Origin: Clostridiales bacterium
GTDB lineage: Bacteria; Bacillota; Clostridia; Peptostreptococcales; Anaerovoracaceae
Length of the DNA stretch: 64,000 nucleotides
NCBI GenBank assembly: GCA_022763735.1
Contig: JALEQY010000065.1
Coordinates: 5,662 to 69,661, forward strand
Reading direction: 5' to 3'
Below the pieces are notes generated by a model. The model made no database searches. It was not told the origin of the DNA and saw only the letters and a list, made by a program, of their open reading frames with translations. Shown in pieces: positions 27,343 to 39,234 of this stretch (position 1 is its first letter; every line of letters begins with the position of its first letter). The translations under genes were made by a program, and so were the position numbers.

Positions 27343-28566
27343 TTATTTTCTTTTTCTTAATATATATTTCTCAGCCACCGGCTGATCCATTCTGATATGC
27401 ACTATCTGCTGCGGATGCGGAGCTGCCTCTATGGGTTCTTTTTCTTCATCCAGAAGTACCTCGAGCTTCTGTGTGAAGAAATCTCTGCCGGGTCCGAACA
27501 CCTCAATCTCATCACCGACAACCATCTTGTTCCGCTGTTCTACAACTGCCATATGCGTCTTGGAATCATAGCTCTTTACCATCCCGATAAAGCTGTAATC
27601 TCTGGTGTATGCACTGGTCTGATAGTTCTGATCCTCATTTGTCGGTCTGTCAAAATAGAATCCTGTTGTAAATTCTCTGTGACTTGCCTTCTTGAGCTCC
27701 CTCATCCATTCAGGATCATATTCGTAATTCTCAGGATCCTTATAATATGCATCGATAGCCCGCCTGTAGGCACTCACGATTGTTGCGACATAGAACACGC
27801 TCTTCATGCGACCTTCAATTTTTACCGAAGAAATACCTGCCTGAACAAGTTCCGGAATGTGCTCCAGCATGCAGAGATCCTTGGAATTGAGGATATAAGT
27901 TCCTCTCCCGTCCTCCTCTACAGGATAGTATTCTCCCGGGCGCTTCTCCTCTACGAGCTTGTATTTCCATCTGCATGGATGGGCACACTGTCCTCTGTTG
28001 GCATCCCGATCTATCATAAAGTTGCTGAGAAGACATCTCCCTGAATATGATATGCACATTGCCCCATGTACGAAAGCTTCTATCTCCATATCCTCAGGTA
28101 TCATATCTCTTACCTGCCTGATCTCATTCATAGTAAGCTCTCTTGCCAGCACAAGGCGTTTTATTCCCTGTTCATACCAGAATCTTGCAGTCATATAATT
28201 GGTCATATTAGCCTGAGTAGAAAGATGCAGCTCAGCATCCGGTATGATTTTCTTTACCATACATATCACACCAGGATCCGAGACAATAAAAGCATCAATC
28301 GGAATATCCTTTATACTGTACAGATACTCTCTCAGCGGCTCAATATCCTCATTATGAGCAAATATATTGAGAGTCATATGGCATTTAACACTCCGTTCAT
28401 GGGCATAAGCGACACCTTCTCGAATCTCTTCAACAGTGAGATTTCCTGCGCCTGCTCTCAGGCTGAACATCTCTCCTCCGAAATAAACAGCATCCGCACC
28501 ATAATCTACGGCAATTTTCAGTTTTTCAATATCTCCCGCAGGAGCAAGCAATTCTATTTTCTTCAT
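27343..28566 (-). CDS. U32-family peptidase-like protein (YrrO/TrhP type)
   Basis: 407 aa. It starts MKKIELLAPAG and has the E..VHGAMCISYSGRCLLSN signature. It sits in the conserved mltG-OMT-U32 cluster. Confidence 0.9.
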   Translation of the reverse strand: MKKIELLAPAGDIEKLKIAVDYGADAVYFGGEMFSLRAGAGNLTVEEIREGVAYAHERSVKCHMTLNIFAHNEDIEPLREYLYSIKDIPIDAFIVSDPGVICMVKKIIPDAELHLSTQANMTNYMTARFWYEQGIKRLVLARELTMNEIRQVRDMIPEDMEIEAFVHGAMCISYSGRCLLSNFMIDRDANRGQCAHPCRWKYKLVEEKRPGEYYPVEEDGRGTYILNSKDLCMLEHIPELVQAGISSVKIEGRMKSVFYVATIVSAYRRAIDAYYKDPENYEYDPEWMRELKKASHREFTTGFYFDRPTNEDQNYQTSAYTRDYSFIGMVKSYDSKTHMAVVEQRNKMVVGDEIEVFGPGRDFFTQKLEVLLDEEKEPIEAAPHPQQIVHIRMDQPVAEKYILRKRK

Positions 28567-29228
28567 ATTGTCATTAACTCTTTATCTATAACACTGAGTG
28601 AAACACCATCTCCCACAGGAAGCACACATGTTTCTGCATAATTGAGATTGGTAATATATTCTATAAATTCACGCATTTTCCGTATGCTGGTCTTATATTT
28701 CCTGCCGGGATCACACTCGTCAGATACGGTCATACCCTTCATCAGTACATTATCGCATATCACAAGGGCATCATCAGTGCAAAGTGGCATCGCCAGATCC
28801 CAGAATGCTCTGTAATGGCTCTTGGCAGCGTCAATAAATACCACATCGAATCTTTCCGGCTCCTGAACCAGCTTTTCCAGAACATCTCTGGCATCACCAT
28901 GAAGCACTCTGATCCTATCATCCAATTCTAAAGCTTTAATGTTGTTTCTCGCAATATTATATGAATTTTCATCAGACTCTACAGTTGTGACACGGCATCC
29001 GCATGCATCTGCAAATACTGATGCCGAGTAGCCGACAGCCGCTCCAATCTCGAGTATATGCTCAGGTTTTCTGATTTTAAGAAGATTTGTCAGAAGCATC
29101 TCGGTACTTCGCAGAATGATCGGAACCTTTCTGTCCTCGGCAAAACTCCTCAGTTCCTTCAGTTTCTCATTATCACACGTATACAGTTCATCGATATACG
29201 CAGCTATAATCCTGTTGGTTATATCCAT
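28563..29228 (-). CDS. class I SAM-dependent O-methyltransferase (YrrM/TrmR-like)
   Basis: 221 aa with the SAM motif ILEIGAAVGYS and the FIDAAK motif. It has a 4-nt overlap with the U32 gene. Confidence 0.88.
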   Translation of the reverse strand: MDITNRIIAAYIDELYTCDNEKLKELRSFAEDRKVPIILRSTEMLLTNLLKIRKPEHILEIGAAVGYSASVFADACGCRVTTVESDENSYNIARNNIKALELDDRIRVLHGDARDVLEKLVQEPERFDVVFIDAAKSHYRAFWDLAMPLCTDDALVICDNVLMKGMTVSDECDPGRKYKTSIRKMREFIEYITNLNYAETCVLPVGDGVSLSVIDKELMTI

Positions 29229-29255
29229 TTTATGTCCGCCTTCCTGAAGGATGTT

Positions 29256-30314
29256 TTAATACCATACATTTTCTTCAACAACTTTATTATGCTCTTCTAT
29301 TGTTTTCGAGTAAATCACTTTACCATCCTGGGTTGCAAAGAAATAGAGATAATCAGTCTTCTCATAATCGAGCACATCATCCATGGTATGTCCCGGAACT
29401 GCACATACCGGTCCTACAGGCAGCCCTGCATGTTTATATGTGTTGTATTCCGAGTCAACCTCAAGGTCCGCATATGTCACGTCAACCCTTTTTTCCTGCA
29501 GAGCATACAGTACAGTGATATCGCTCTGCAAAGGCATGTCTTTATTGAGCCTGTTGATAAACACTCCTGCAATGACAGGCCTGTCTTTCTCAAACAGCGA
29601 TTCATTCTCTACAATTGAAGCCAGCGTCAGAAATTCATGCACTGATCGTCCGGATGCACTGATCCCGGATTTACGGGCAGTCAGTTCATCATCAGTTTTA
29701 CTGAGTATCATTGCTGTCACTTCTTCAATAGTAGGAGACTCACTGGTGACAAAATATGTTTCCGGATATATATATCCTTCAAGCGGATACAGTATATCAT
29801 CATCAAGTATATCGTCAGAAAGAAACCAGTATTCATCAATAAGCTCCTTAAGATATTTTTTATCTGACCACTTCTTTATTATTTCATCAGAAGTAAAAGG
29901 CAGCTCGGCAGCCATTGATTCAGCAGCCTGAGGTACAGTTGCACCTTCAATTATCGTGAATTTATTCTTTGAAATATAATTAAAATCACCTGTATTTATT
30001 GCATCCATGATTTCAGGCAGAGACATTGATCTAGTGAACATATAACTGTTTGCCTGCAACGAATTATAACCGCCGATACGTGCATGAATCCTGGCACATA
30101 AATTATTTTTCACAAGTCCTTTCTGACCAAGTATCTCTATGATATATGACGCACCGCTTCCTTCAGGTATCTCTACAGTTACAGTTTCTGTATCGTCAGG
30201 ATCTGCTGCTCCCAGACCGCTGAGATACAGCATGGAACCACCTGTTATCACAACAACCGCTACTATAACTGCTATCAGAATGATTCTGAATCTGCTGCTT
30301 TTGCTTTTTGCCAT
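29256..30314 (-). CDS. mltG: endolytic murein transglycosylase MltG (YceG-like)
   Basis: 352 aa with an N-terminal TM segment and a C-terminal LQSDITVLYAL...YNTYKHAGLPVGPVCAVPG signature. Confidence 0.92.
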   Translation of the reverse strand: MAKSKSSRFRIILIAVIVAVVVITGGSMLYLSGLGAADPDDTETVTVEIPEGSGASYIIEILGQKGLVKNNLCARIHARIGGYNSLQANSYMFTRSMSLPEIMDAINTGDFNYISKNKFTIIEGATVPQAAESMAAELPFTSDEIIKKWSDKKYLKELIDEYWFLSDDILDDDILYPLEGYIYPETYFVTSESPTIEEVTAMILSKTDDELTARKSGISASGRSVHEFLTLASIVENESLFEKDRPVIAGVFINRLNKDMPLQSDITVLYALQEKRVDVTYADLEVDSEYNTYKHAGLPVGPVCAVPGHTMDDVLDYEKTDYLYFFATQDGKVIYSKTIEEHNKVVEENVWY

Positions 30315-30376
30315 TAATTACCTCTTTTCTTCCATATGCAGGAAAAACATAAACACTAGTTTCAGGTGTTATAAAT

Positions 30377-30400
30377 CAAGGGACGCATTCACGTCCCTTG
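30377..30400 (-). terminator. hairpin after efp (probable terminator, weak U-tract)
   Basis: CAAGGGACG-loop-CGTCCCTTG begins 9 nt after the efp stop. The following minus-strand sequence ATTTATAA is only moderately T-rich. Confidence 0.5.
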
Positions 30401-30408
30401 CTGTTCTG

Positions 30409-30969
30409 TTATTTAGCTCTGCCCAGATATTCACCTGTTCTTGTATCAATCTGGATTTTCTCGCCTTCTTCAATAAAAATAGGAACCTGTATAACCGCAC
30501 CTGTTTCAACTGTTGCAGCTTTAGTAACATTTGTTGCTGTATCTCCCTTGACACCAGGTTCTGTCTCGATTACTGTCAGATCCACGAAGTTAGGAGCTTC
30601 AACCATGAAAGCATTTCCCTTGTAGAACTTGATAGTAGCTTCATCGTTTTCTCTCAGGTATTTCATAGCATCTTCAACCTGGTCATAGCTCAGCGGAACC
30701 TGATCATATGTTTCCTGATCCATGAAGTAGTAAAGCTCGCCATCATTGTACAGATACTGCATAACCTTTGTCTCTATGTGAGCCTTAGGGAATTTGGCAT
30801 CAGGGTTAAATGATTCTTCCTTGATGGCTCCTGTCAGAATGTTCTTATGCTTTGTTCTTACAAATGCAGCTCCCTTGCCCGGCTTAACGTGCTGGAAGTC
30901 TATTACAACATGTGGAGCTCCGTCAATTTCAAATGTCATACCTTTTCTAAAATCGCCTGCGTAAATCAT
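30409..30969 (-). CDS. efp: elongation factor P
   Basis: 186 aa ([17 protein letters not shown]...[17 protein letters not shown]). Confidence 0.97.
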   Translation of the reverse strand: MIYAGDFRKGMTFEIDGAPHVVIDFQHVKPGKGAAFVRTKHKNILTGAIKEESFNPDAKFPKAHIETKVMQYLYNDGELYYFMDQETYDQVPLSYDQVEDAMKYLRENDEATIKFYKGNAFMVEAPNFVDLTVIETEPGVKGDTATNVTKAATVETGAVIQVPIFIEEGEKIQIDTRTGEYLGRAK

Positions 30970-30992
30970 AAATCTATCGTCCTCTCTTAATT

Positions 30993-31688
30993 CTAAATAA
31001 TTATTAACTCTTTTTCAGACTTTACAGTATTTATTATACCAAATTCTGTAATGATTGCCAAGTCCTCAATACGAACTCCGAACTCATTTGGGATATAAAT
31101 TCCAGGTTCCACTGTCACCGGCATAAATTCTGCCAGAATTTCATCGCTTCTGCTGTTCAGAGTAGGAGCTTCGTGTACTTCAGTGCCTACACCGTGACCT
31201 GTTCCATGGATATAGAACTCGCCATATCCTGCATCTTCTATTATGTTCCTCGAAACAGCATCTATGTCTCTGCATCTGACACCTGCCCGGCAGGCATCAA
31301 GTCCGGCCAGCTGTGAACGTAGAACCACATCATACACCTCACGCTGTTTTTCCGAAACATGACCGACTGCTATTGTCCTCGTCATATCTCCGCAGTAGCC
31401 TTCAACCACTGCACCGAAATCCATTGTGACGAAATCGCCGTCCTCAATCACCTTGTCTGTAGGTTCTCCATGGGGCTGTGTCGTATTGACACCTGAAACA
31501 CAGATTGTTGGAAATGACAGACCCTCTGCACCGAGACTCATCAAGGTTCTCTCAATCTCATCAGATACCTGCAGTTCCGTCATACCAGGTCTGATATACT
31601 CAAGAATATGTGAGAAACATATATCTCCCATTGCAGCTGCCTTCATTATCCTGAGTATCTCGTCCGGTGTTTTTATCATATTACTCAT
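30993..31688 (-). CDS. M24-family Xaa-Pro aminopeptidase, catalytic domain only
   Basis: 231 aa. The pita-bread metal ligands appear in order ([32 protein letters not shown]). The creatinase-like N-terminal domain is missing. It sits in the conserved position upstream of efp. Confidence 0.85.
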   Translation of the reverse strand: MSNMIKTPDEILRIMKAAAMGDICFSHILEYIRPGMTELQVSDEIERTLMSLGAEGLSFPTICVSGVNTTQPHGEPTDKVIEDGDFVTMDFGAVVEGYCGDMTRTIAVGHVSEKQREVYDVVLRSQLAGLDACRAGVRCRDIDAVSRNIIEDAGYGEFYIHGTGHGVGTEVHEAPTLNSRSDEILAEFMPVTVEPGIYIPNEFGVRIEDLAIITEFGIINTVKSEKELIII

Positions 31689-32037
31689 TGCCGCCTCCGA
31701 ATGGTCCGAAATCGAAGTCAGCTGCTTCTCCGATTATCTTGTAGACATCTGCCATCATCATGGAAAATCTCATCTGACACTGCAGATACTGTGCAGCTGA
31801 AGGGTCCTGCATCAGCACTGCCGAAAGCTGCTGTATCTGCTGCATCATATCCGAACCGACCTCCTGTCCAGACATCTGAGCCATCTGCATTTCCATCTGT
31901 CTTTTCATGAAATCGTTTATAGCATCTCTGATCTGAGGATTTGCATCTATCACCTGCTTTTTCTCCTCATACTGCTTGAATTCTTCTGACGCCTTTATTG
32001 CTGCTGCCAGAGAATGCGCCTGATCATATACATTCAT
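31681..32037 (-). CDS. YlbF/YmcA-family regulatory protein
   Basis: 118-aa helical protein (AHSLAAAIKASEEFKQYEEKK...INDFM). Confidence 0.7.
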   Translation of the reverse strand: MNVYDQAHSLAAAIKASEEFKQYEEKKQVIDANPQIRDAINDFMKRQMEMQMAQMSGQEVGSDMMQQIQQLSAVLMQDPSAAQYLQCQMRFSMMMADVYKIIGEAADFDFGPFGGGNE

Positions 32038-32054
32038 AATTCTGCTCCTTTCCT

Positions 32055-33914
32055 TTATACTTCCAGGAAAATAGGAAGTATAACAGGACTTCTCTGAGTT
32101 TTAGCGTAAATAAATCTGCTCAATCCGTCTCTGACGGCTGTCTTCATGCCGTTCCAGTCCTTCATGTTCTTTTCCATGCAGTCCTCAAGGATTTCCTCAG
32201 CCCTCCTGCATGCTTCATCTATCAGGTCCTCGTTTTCTCTGACATAGACAAACCCTCTCGAAATGATATCAGGGCCTGATGCTATGGTGTTGGAATACTT
32301 GTCTATAGCCGCCACCAGAATAATAAGACCGGATTCCGAAAGCAGTCTTCTGTCTCTGAGCACGATATTACCTACATCTCCTACGCCGAGACCATCGACC
32401 ATTATGCCTTCTGCTTCTGCCACAGCCTCTGTTTTGTATGCCTCCTTCTGGGATACTGTCAGGCAATCTCCGTTACTAAGGAGAAAAATGTTTTCCATCG
32501 GCATCCCCAGGGTATGGGCAAGCTCGGCATGTGTGCTCAGATGCCTGTACTCGCCATGTACAGGCATAAAGTATTTCGGCCTGATCAGCGAATGCATCAG
32601 CTTCAGCTCCTCACGACATGCGTGTCCCGATACATGAATATCTGCGATATCCGAGTATATTACCTCGGCACCTTTCTGTATCAGCTGATTTACAACATTT
32701 GACACTGTAAGTTCATTGCCCGGAACAGGAGTCGATGACAGAATTACCATATCACCACGTTTGATATTAATGGATTTATGGTCATTGGATGCCATTCTGG
32801 CAAGTGCCGACATTGGCTCACCTTGGCTGCCTGTAGTGATTACCACCAGTTCCTTATCAGGGATATTCTTGGTTTTATTGATATCCACCAGAGTATTGGC
32901 CGGGATTTTGATATATCCCAGATCAACAGCCAGGTCGACTACATTCACCATGCTCCTTCCTGATATGGCAACTTTCCTGTTGCAGAGTCTGGCAATGTCT
33001 ATTATCTTCTGTATCCTGTGCACATTAGACGAGAATGTCGCTATTATAATACGACGCTCCGCACTCCTGAAAATGTTTTCCAGAGTTTTGCCTACGACAC
33101 GCTCCGATTGTGTATATCCCGGTCTGAGTACATTTGTACTGTCTGCCATCATCAGCAGCACACCCTGAGAACCGATCTGAGCCAGTCTGGCGAAATCTAT
33201 CGGGTCTCCATCCACCGGTGTGTAGTCTATCTTGAAATCACCGGTATGAAAAATGCACCCTGCCGGTGTATTTATCGCCAGACATATAGAGTCAGCAATG
33301 GAATGTGTTATTCTCAGAGCTTCAATAGTGAAATGCTTTCCTATTTTGAAGGTTTCTCCCGCCGTCACCGTATTCATTCTGGCTTTAAGATTATGCTCCT
33401 TAAGCTTGTTTTCAATCAGCCCAAGGGGAAGCCTCGTGCCGTATATAGGAACATTGAGCTCCTTGATAAGATACGGCACAGCTCCGATGTGATCCTCGTG
33501 CCCGTGAGTTATGACAAGGCCTCTGATTTTACTGCTGTTGTATTTCAGATAAGAAAAATCCGGTATTACCTTATCTATTCCGAACATATCGTCGTCAGGG
33601 AAAGACAGACCGCAGTCGATAATCAATATTTCGTCCTCAAATTCGATGGCTGTCATGTTTTTCCCTATTTCATGAAGTCCGCCCAGCGGTATTATTTTCA
33701 CCCTTGCAGGCAGACGTTTCTTTTTTGATGCGGATGGTTTCTTCCCGCTTTTCTTCTGTGAAGCGGGTTCCTGCGCTTTTTTCACTGCAGCAGCATTGTT
33801 ATTTTTCGTTCCTCTGCTGCGGCTGCCATTCCTGCTGCCGCTCTGAGCTCTTCCGCGTGAAGCTCTGGCAGCTGCTGATGGCCTGCTCTGCGCTGTAGTT
33901 TTATTTTCGCTCAT
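32055..33914 (-). CDS. rnj: ribonuclease J with a basic low-complexity N-terminal extension
   Basis: 619 aa. It has the metallo-beta-lactamase motif VITHGHEDHIGA, a beta-CASP domain and a C-terminal domain. The first ~70 aa are rich in R, K, S and A. Confidence 0.93.
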   Translation of the reverse strand: MSENKTTAQSRPSAAARASRGRAQSGSRNGSRSRGTKNNNAAAVKKAQEPASQKKSGKKPSASKKKRLPARVKIIPLGGLHEIGKNMTAIEFEDEILIIDCGLSFPDDDMFGIDKVIPDFSYLKYNSSKIRGLVITHGHEDHIGAVPYLIKELNVPIYGTRLPLGLIENKLKEHNLKARMNTVTAGETFKIGKHFTIEALRITHSIADSICLAINTPAGCIFHTGDFKIDYTPVDGDPIDFARLAQIGSQGVLLMMADSTNVLRPGYTQSERVVGKTLENIFRSAERRIIIATFSSNVHRIQKIIDIARLCNRKVAISGRSMVNVVDLAVDLGYIKIPANTLVDINKTKNIPDKELVVITTGSQGEPMSALARMASNDHKSINIKRGDMVILSSTPVPGNELTVSNVVNQLIQKGAEVIYSDIADIHVSGHACREELKLMHSLIRPKYFMPVHGEYRHLSTHAELAHTLGMPMENIFLLSNGDCLTVSQKEAYKTEAVAEAEGIMVDGLGVGDVGNIVLRDRRLLSESGLIILVAAIDKYSNTIASGPDIISRGFVYVRENEDLIDEACRRAEEILEDCMEKNMKDWNGMKTAVRDGLSRFIYAKTQRSPVILPIFLEV

Positions 33915-33936
33915 AAATATCCTTTCTTAAGGGCAT

Positions 33937-36405
33937 TTATTTAACTACGATGTTTATAAGTTTACCAGGTACTGCAATTACCTTTACAACATTTTTACCA
34001 TCAATAAGCCCTTTTACTTTGTCATTCTCCATTGCGGTCTTTTCCATCTCTTCTCTGGACAGGTCTCCTGCAATATTGATTTTCTCCTTTATTTTACCAT
34101 TGATCTGTACAACGATTTCAACAGTGTCTTTTACAAGGGCGCTTTCATCATATTCCGGCCATGACTGATCATGAACTGATCCGCCGTATCCGAGGTGTTC
34201 CCACATTTCTTCAGTCACGTGAGGCACAAACGGTGCAAGCATGATAATGAGATTTCTGATAGCTGCAGCATAAAGTCCGGTATTCACTTCACCTTCCTTG
34301 TATCTGTACATTTCATTCACCATTTCCATTATGGTGCTGATGGCTGTATTGAAATTGAACCTTTCCCCGATGTCATCAGAAACCTTCTTGATCGCATAGT
34401 TCATCCAGTATGCCATGCTCTTGTCAGCCTCTGTCTTTATCTCATAATCATCCGGTGCATCACTGTATTTCTGTGAGAATTCGTATACCATTCTGTATAC
34501 TCTGTTGATAAATCTGTAACTTCCTTCTACTCCTTTGTCCGACCAGTCAAGCTCTCTCTCAGGAGGTGCGGCGAATAGAATAAACAGTCTTGCTGTATCT
34601 GCACCGTACTTCTCGATGATTTCCTTAGGACTGACAACATTGCCCAGTGATTTGCTCATCTTGGCGCCGTCTTTGATTACCATGCCCTGTGTGAGAAGAT
34701 TTTTAAACGGCTCCTCATCACTTACCAGTCCCAGATCATAAAGTGCCATCTGGAAGAATCTCGCATACATCAGATGAAGAATCGCATGCTCCACACCACC
34801 GATGTACTGGTCTACATTCATCCAGTAGTCAGTCTTCTCTTTGCTGAAAGCTTCATCCTTGTTCTGAGCATCGCAGTATCTCAGGAAATACCATGATGAA
34901 TCCAGGAACGTATCCATTGTATCCAGCTCTCTCTTTGCAGGTTTACCACATACAGGACATACTGTATCTACAAATGTCCTGCTGGTTGCAAGCGGTGATT
35001 CACCTTTACCTGTAAACTCAACATCTGTAGGCAGCATTACAGGCAGGTTCTCTTCTTTTTCAGGCACCCAGCCGCAGTCCTCACAGTATATCATCGGAAT
35101 CGGAGTTCCCCAGTATCTCTGTCTTGAAATGAGCCAGTCTCGCAGCTTGTAGTTTACAGTTTTCCTGCCTATACCTTCCTCTTCCAGATATTCGATAACT
35201 TTTTCGATAGCTTCCTTATTGTTCATGCCATCGAATTTGCCTGAGTTTATCATCCTGCCTTCTGCTGCGAAAGCTTCTTTGAGATTATAGAGATCCACTT
35301 CAGGATCTTCAGGATCAACTACCGGTATTATTTCAAGATCAAATGCCTTGGCGAACTCAAAGTCACGCTGATCGTGAGCCGGCACTGCCATGATAGCACC
35401 GGTTCCGTAATCCATGAGAACATAATCGGAGATGAAAACAGGCACTTTCTTACCGTTAAGCGGATTGATGCAGTATCTTCCGATGAATACACCGGTCTTT
35501 TCCTTCGTTGTCGAAGTTCTTTCGATGTCGCTCAGGTGCTGCACTTCATCAAGATACTTATCTACTTCAGCTTCATATTCACTGCCTGCAACAAGATCTC
35601 TGAGATAAGGATGCTCCGGAGCCAGTACCATGTATGTCACGCCGTAAAGCGTATCCGCTCTTGTCGTGAAGATATCAAGTCCCTTATCGTAACCTTCAAT
35701 TTCAAAAGTAACTTCAGCACCTATACTCTTGCCTATCCAGTTTTTCTGCATCAGTTTGACTTTGTTCGGCCAGCCCGGAAGTTTATCAAGGTTGTCAAGG
35801 AGACGTTCTGCATAATCAGTGATTTTGAAATACCACTGGGAAAGTTCCTTTTTTCCAACCAGAGTTCCGCAGCGCTCACACTTGCCGTCAACCACCTGTT
35901 CATTGGCAAGCACGGTCTGACAGCTCGGACACCAGTTTACAGGATTTTCTTTCTTGTATGCCAGTCCTTTGTTGTAGAACTGAATGAAAATCCACTGCAT
36001 CCACTTGTAATAATCAGGATGGCAGGTTGCAACTTCCCTTTCCCAGTCATATGAAAGACCCAGCTCCTTGAGCTGTTTTCTCATTTCATCGATATTGTTC
36101 CATGTCCATACACTTGGTTCCACGTTATTCTTGATTGCGGCATTCTCCGCAGGCAGTCCGAAAGAATCCCATCCCATCGGATGAAGAACATTATAACCTT
36201 TCATTTTTTTGAATCTTGCAAGCACGTCACCTATGGAATAGTTTCTGACATGCCCCATGTGAAGCTTTCCTGACGGATACGGAAACATTTCAAGAACATA
36301 GTATTTCTCTTTGTCCTTGTCTTCCACTACCTTGAATACATTTTCATCTTCCCATTTTTTCTGCCATTTTGCTTCGATTTCGCTGAAATTGTACCTGTCT
36401 AACAT
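33937..36405 (-). CDS. leuS: leucyl-tRNA synthetase
   Basis: 822 aa with the HIGH-type motif [13 protein letters not shown] and the KMSKS motif. Confidence 0.98.
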   Translation of the reverse strand: MLDRYNFSEIEAKWQKKWEDENVFKVVEDKDKEKYYVLEMFPYPSGKLHMGHVRNYSIGDVLARFKKMKGYNVLHPMGWDSFGLPAENAAIKNNVEPSVWTWNNIDEMRKQLKELGLSYDWEREVATCHPDYYKWMQWIFIQFYNKGLAYKKENPVNWCPSCQTVLANEQVVDGKCERCGTLVGKKELSQWYFKITDYAERLLDNLDKLPGWPNKVKLMQKNWIGKSIGAEVTFEIEGYDKGLDIFTTRADTLYGVTYMVLAPEHPYLRDLVAGSEYEAEVDKYLDEVQHLSDIERTSTTKEKTGVFIGRYCINPLNGKKVPVFISDYVLMDYGTGAIMAVPAHDQRDFEFAKAFDLEIIPVVDPEDPEVDLYNLKEAFAAEGRMINSGKFDGMNNKEAIEKVIEYLEEEGIGRKTVNYKLRDWLISRQRYWGTPIPMIYCEDCGWVPEKEENLPVMLPTDVEFTGKGESPLATSRTFVDTVCPVCGKPAKRELDTMDTFLDSSWYFLRYCDAQNKDEAFSKEKTDYWMNVDQYIGGVEHAILHLMYARFFQMALYDLGLVSDEEPFKNLLTQGMVIKDGAKMSKSLGNVVSPKEIIEKYGADTARLFILFAAPPERELDWSDKGVEGSYRFINRVYRMVYEFSQKYSDAPDDYEIKTEADKSMAYWMNYAIKKVSDDIGERFNFNTAISTIMEMVNEMYRYKEGEVNTGLYAAAIRNLIIMLAPFVPHVTEEMWEHLGYGGSVHDQSWPEYDESALVKDTVEIVVQINGKIKEKINIAGDLSREEMEKTAMENDKVKGLIDGKNVVKVIAVPGKLINIVVK

Positions 36406-36419
36406 TATTCGTCCTCCAA

Positions 36420-36764
36420 TTAATTGATCCTCTGGATGTCACAGTCTCCCCAGATTTTTTCAATACTATATTTATCTCTCATTTCCATAGTCATTATATT
36501 GACTATAATATCGCCATAATCCATGAGTATCCAGCCTGATGCTTTTTTACCTTCCACACTCTTAGGGAATATACCTTCAGGTTCAAGGGCATCTTCAACA
36601 TTATCGACAAGCGCACCCATCTGTCTCTCGCTGTTTGTAGATGCCAGTACGAAATAATCTGCGAATGCAGCTTTTCCTGAAATGTCTATAAGCACTACAT
36701 CAAGTGCCTTTTTATCATCCAGAATTTCGGCAACCTTAGCTGCTAAATCTTTAGGTTCCATCAT
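36420..36764 (-). CDS. rsfS: ribosome silencing factor RsfS
   Basis: 114 aa with ...[14 protein letters not shown]...[14 protein letters not shown]. Confidence 0.92.
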   Translation of the reverse strand: MMEPKDLAAKVAEILDDKKALDVVLIDISGKAAFADYFVLASTNSERQMGALVDNVEDALEPEGIFPKSVEGKKASGWILMDYGDIIVNIMTMEMRDKYSIEKIWGDCDIQRIN

Positions 36765-37372
36765 AATTTCAAATTCTCCTTTAAATCATCTCTTGCTTCT
36801 ATTGTATCAGGATCCAGATAACCACCTGTCCCTTCAATAAATTCAATCGTTCGTTCCAGTGAATTTATGCATGCTCTGTCAAGGTCAACATATGCCAGTG
36901 CACGTGTTTCATCTACCGTAGGATATGTTCTTCCCGGTTCTATAGCGTCAGCCAGAAAAATGATTTTTTCGAAAACCGACATTCCCGCCCTTCCGGTTGT
37001 ATGATAGGAGACTGCATTGATTATCTCCTCATCATCTATGCCGTAATCCTTTTTCAGTATTTCTGCGGCCACTTTACCATGTGACAGATTAGGTCTGTCG
37101 ATAAGTGCTTTCGGCAGTCCCAGCTGTCTTATATACATGTTGAGTACCGCTGTACTCATACCTCTGCACATGTCATGGCACAATGCTGCAAATCTGGCTT
37201 TTTCTGCATCCTGACCGTATTTTTCCGCCAGTTTACCTGCTTCCTGAACCACAGAATACGTATGTGTTATACGTTTTTCTTTGAGGTTGCATTCAAGATA
37301 TGCTTTTATTCTCTCCGTCAGTTCACTGAAACTGTATTCAGGGATAGTATGTTCAGTTTCTGTAAAGACCAT
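36761..37372 (-). CDS. yqeK: YqeK-type HD-domain phosphohydrolase
   Basis: The HD motif (ALCHDMCR) is present, and it lies between nadD and rsfS. The start was trimmed to ATG 37372 to limit overlap with nadD, but the RBS spacing there is poor, so the start is uncertain. Confidence 0.8.
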   Translation of the reverse strand: MVFTETEHTIPEYSFSELTERIKAYLECNLKEKRITHTYSVVQEAGKLAEKYGQDAEKARFAALCHDMCRGMSTAVLNMYIRQLGLPKALIDRPNLSHGKVAAEILKKDYGIDDEEIINAVSYHTTGRAGMSVFEKIIFLADAIEPGRTYPTVDETRALAYVDLDRACINSLERTIEFIEGTGGYLDPDTIEARDDLKENLKL

Positions 37373-38006
37373 GCTCCGTAATATACCTTTCCACTTCAGC
37401 AGGGATAAGGTCTCCGGATGGAATGCCCCGCTCAAGTCGTTCTCTGATTTCTGTAGATGATATGTCAAGCTGTGTATTATTTAGAAAAAGAATTTCCGTA
37501 TTATAGATATCTCTTATCCTGCTTACACATTCATCCAGTTCTTCCTGTCTGTATCCCGGTCTCGTACCTATGATATAGGAGAACTCCCGGAGCAGCTCAG
37601 AAGAATTTTTCCATTTTTCTATTTTCAAGAAGGAATCTGTACCTGTGATAAAGTACAGTCTGGCATCTTTGCCCAGAAGCCTTCTCATTGCTCTCATTGT
37701 AAGATAAGTATATGAAATTCCTTTTTCCTGTAGCTCATATTCTGAAATTTCAAACCCCCGCCTGTCCTTCACAGCAAGCTTCAGCATTTCAAGTCTGTGT
37801 TCTCCTGAAGCAGTTTTCCTGTCAAGCTTAAAAGGCTGCTGAGCTGCCGGGATAAAAATCACCCTGTCGAGCCCGATCTGTTCCAGAGCATCCTGAGCCA
37901 GACTTATGTGCCCCAGATGTACAGGATCGAAAGTTCCTCCCAAAATACCTGTCTTTTCTGATACAGTTTCTGCTACCACTTTATCGGTCGCCCTTCCTTT
38001 TTCCAT
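37353..38006 (-). CDS. nadD: nicotinate-nucleotide adenylyltransferase
   Basis: It has the [14 protein letters not shown] motif. The track start overlaps sstT by 34 nt. An in-frame GTG at 37979 is an alternative start. Confidence 0.9.
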   Translation of the reverse strand: MEKGRATDKVVAETVSEKTGILGGTFDPVHLGHISLAQDALEQIGLDRVIFIPAAQQPFKLDRKTASGEHRLEMLKLAVKDRRGFEISEYELQEKGISYTYLTMRAMRRLLGKDARLYFITGTDSFLKIEKWKNSSELLREFSYIIGTRPGYRQEELDECVSRIRDIYNTEILFLNNTQLDISSTEIRERLERGIPSGDLIPAEVERYITEHGLYRN

Positions 38007-39202
38007 CGTCTGAATTCTGCTGTAGCTGTAAATATCGCATCGGAAGATGAGTTGAGAGCTGTTTCACAGGAATCCTGTACAACACCTATGATAAACCCTA
38101 CACCAACCACCTGCATAGCTATATCGTTGGATATTCCGAACAGACTGCACGCTAGAGGAATGAGAAGCAGGGAACCGCCTGCAACACCGGATGCACCACA
38201 TGCCGAAACAGCTGCTATGAAGCTGAGCAGCAGTGCAGTGGCGAAATCCACCTGAATGTCAAGTGTGTTTACTGTAGCAAGAGTAAGCACTGTAATCGTT
38301 ATTGCAGCTCCCGCCATATTTATCGTAGCCCCCAGAGGTATAGAAACTGAATACTGTTTCTCATCCAACCCCAGACTCTCACACAGCGACATATTTACCG
38401 GAATATTTGCAGCTGAACTTCTTGTAAAAAAAGCCATTATACCGCTGTCCTTGATACATTTAAGGACGAGAGGATATGGATTCTGTCTTATGTTGATGAA
38501 AACGATAATCGGATTCAGAATAAAAGCAACAAAAAGCATGCATCCCACAAGCACAAGAATAATATGTCCATAAGAGAGCAGTGCCTTTATTCCAGTTTCT
38601 GATACTGTGACAAATACAAGTCCCAGAATGCCGAAAGGTGCGAAATTTATTATCCATCTGATAGCTGCAGCAAAAGCATCGGAAATGTTGCCGATAACTC
38701 CGATTGTAGTATCACCGGCTTTTCTGAGTGCCAGACCGAGAATTACCGCCCATGCCAGAACTCCGATATAATTGGCATTCATAAGAGCAGAAACAGGGTT
38801 GTCCACTACATTCATCAGTAATGTCTGTATTACTTCACCTATACCTTCAGGCGCAGTTCCCTCTGCAGTTTCCGTCAGAGTCAGAACTGAAGGGAAGATG
38901 AAGCTTGCGGCAACAGCTGTCAGTGCTGCCATAAAAGTACTGACAATATATAGAATTATAACAGTTCTCATATTGCTTTCCGCAGAATCCTGCTTATTGG
39001 AAAGCGAATGCATTACAAGAAAGAAAACAAGCAGAGGTGCTATAGCTTTTAATGCCCCTACAAACAGATCTCCCAGAATGCTGAGAACAGAAGCTTCAGG
39101 TACTGCAATTCCTAAAACTGCACCTACAATAAGACCTGCTATGATTCTTTTGATAAGACTAATCTCAGTCCATTTTTTTACAATATTCATTTTACCATTC
39201 AT
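37973..39202 (-). CDS. sstT: serine/threonine:sodium symporter (DAACS family, SstT-like)
   Basis: 409-aa polytopic protein. [12 protein letters not shown] and [11 protein letters not shown] are typical of the DAACS family. Confidence 0.85.
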   Translation of the reverse strand: MNGKMNIVKKWTEISLIKRIIAGLIVGAVLGIAVPEASVLSILGDLFVGALKAIAPLLVFFLVMHSLSNKQDSAESNMRTVIILYIVSTFMAALTAVAASFIFPSVLTLTETAEGTAPEGIGEVIQTLLMNVVDNPVSALMNANYIGVLAWAVILGLALRKAGDTTIGVIGNISDAFAAAIRWIINFAPFGILGLVFVTVSETGIKALLSYGHIILVLVGCMLFVAFILNPIIVFINIRQNPYPLVLKCIKDSGIMAFFTRSSAANIPVNMSLCESLGLDEKQYSVSIPLGATINMAGAAITITVLTLATVNTLDIQVDFATALLLSFIAAVSACGASGVAGGSLLLIPLACSLFGISNDIAMQVVGVGFIIGVVQDSCETALNSSSDAIFTATAEFRRWKKEGRPIKW

Positions 39203-39234
39203 CCCTTAATATATTCCACAAATTCATACAACTG

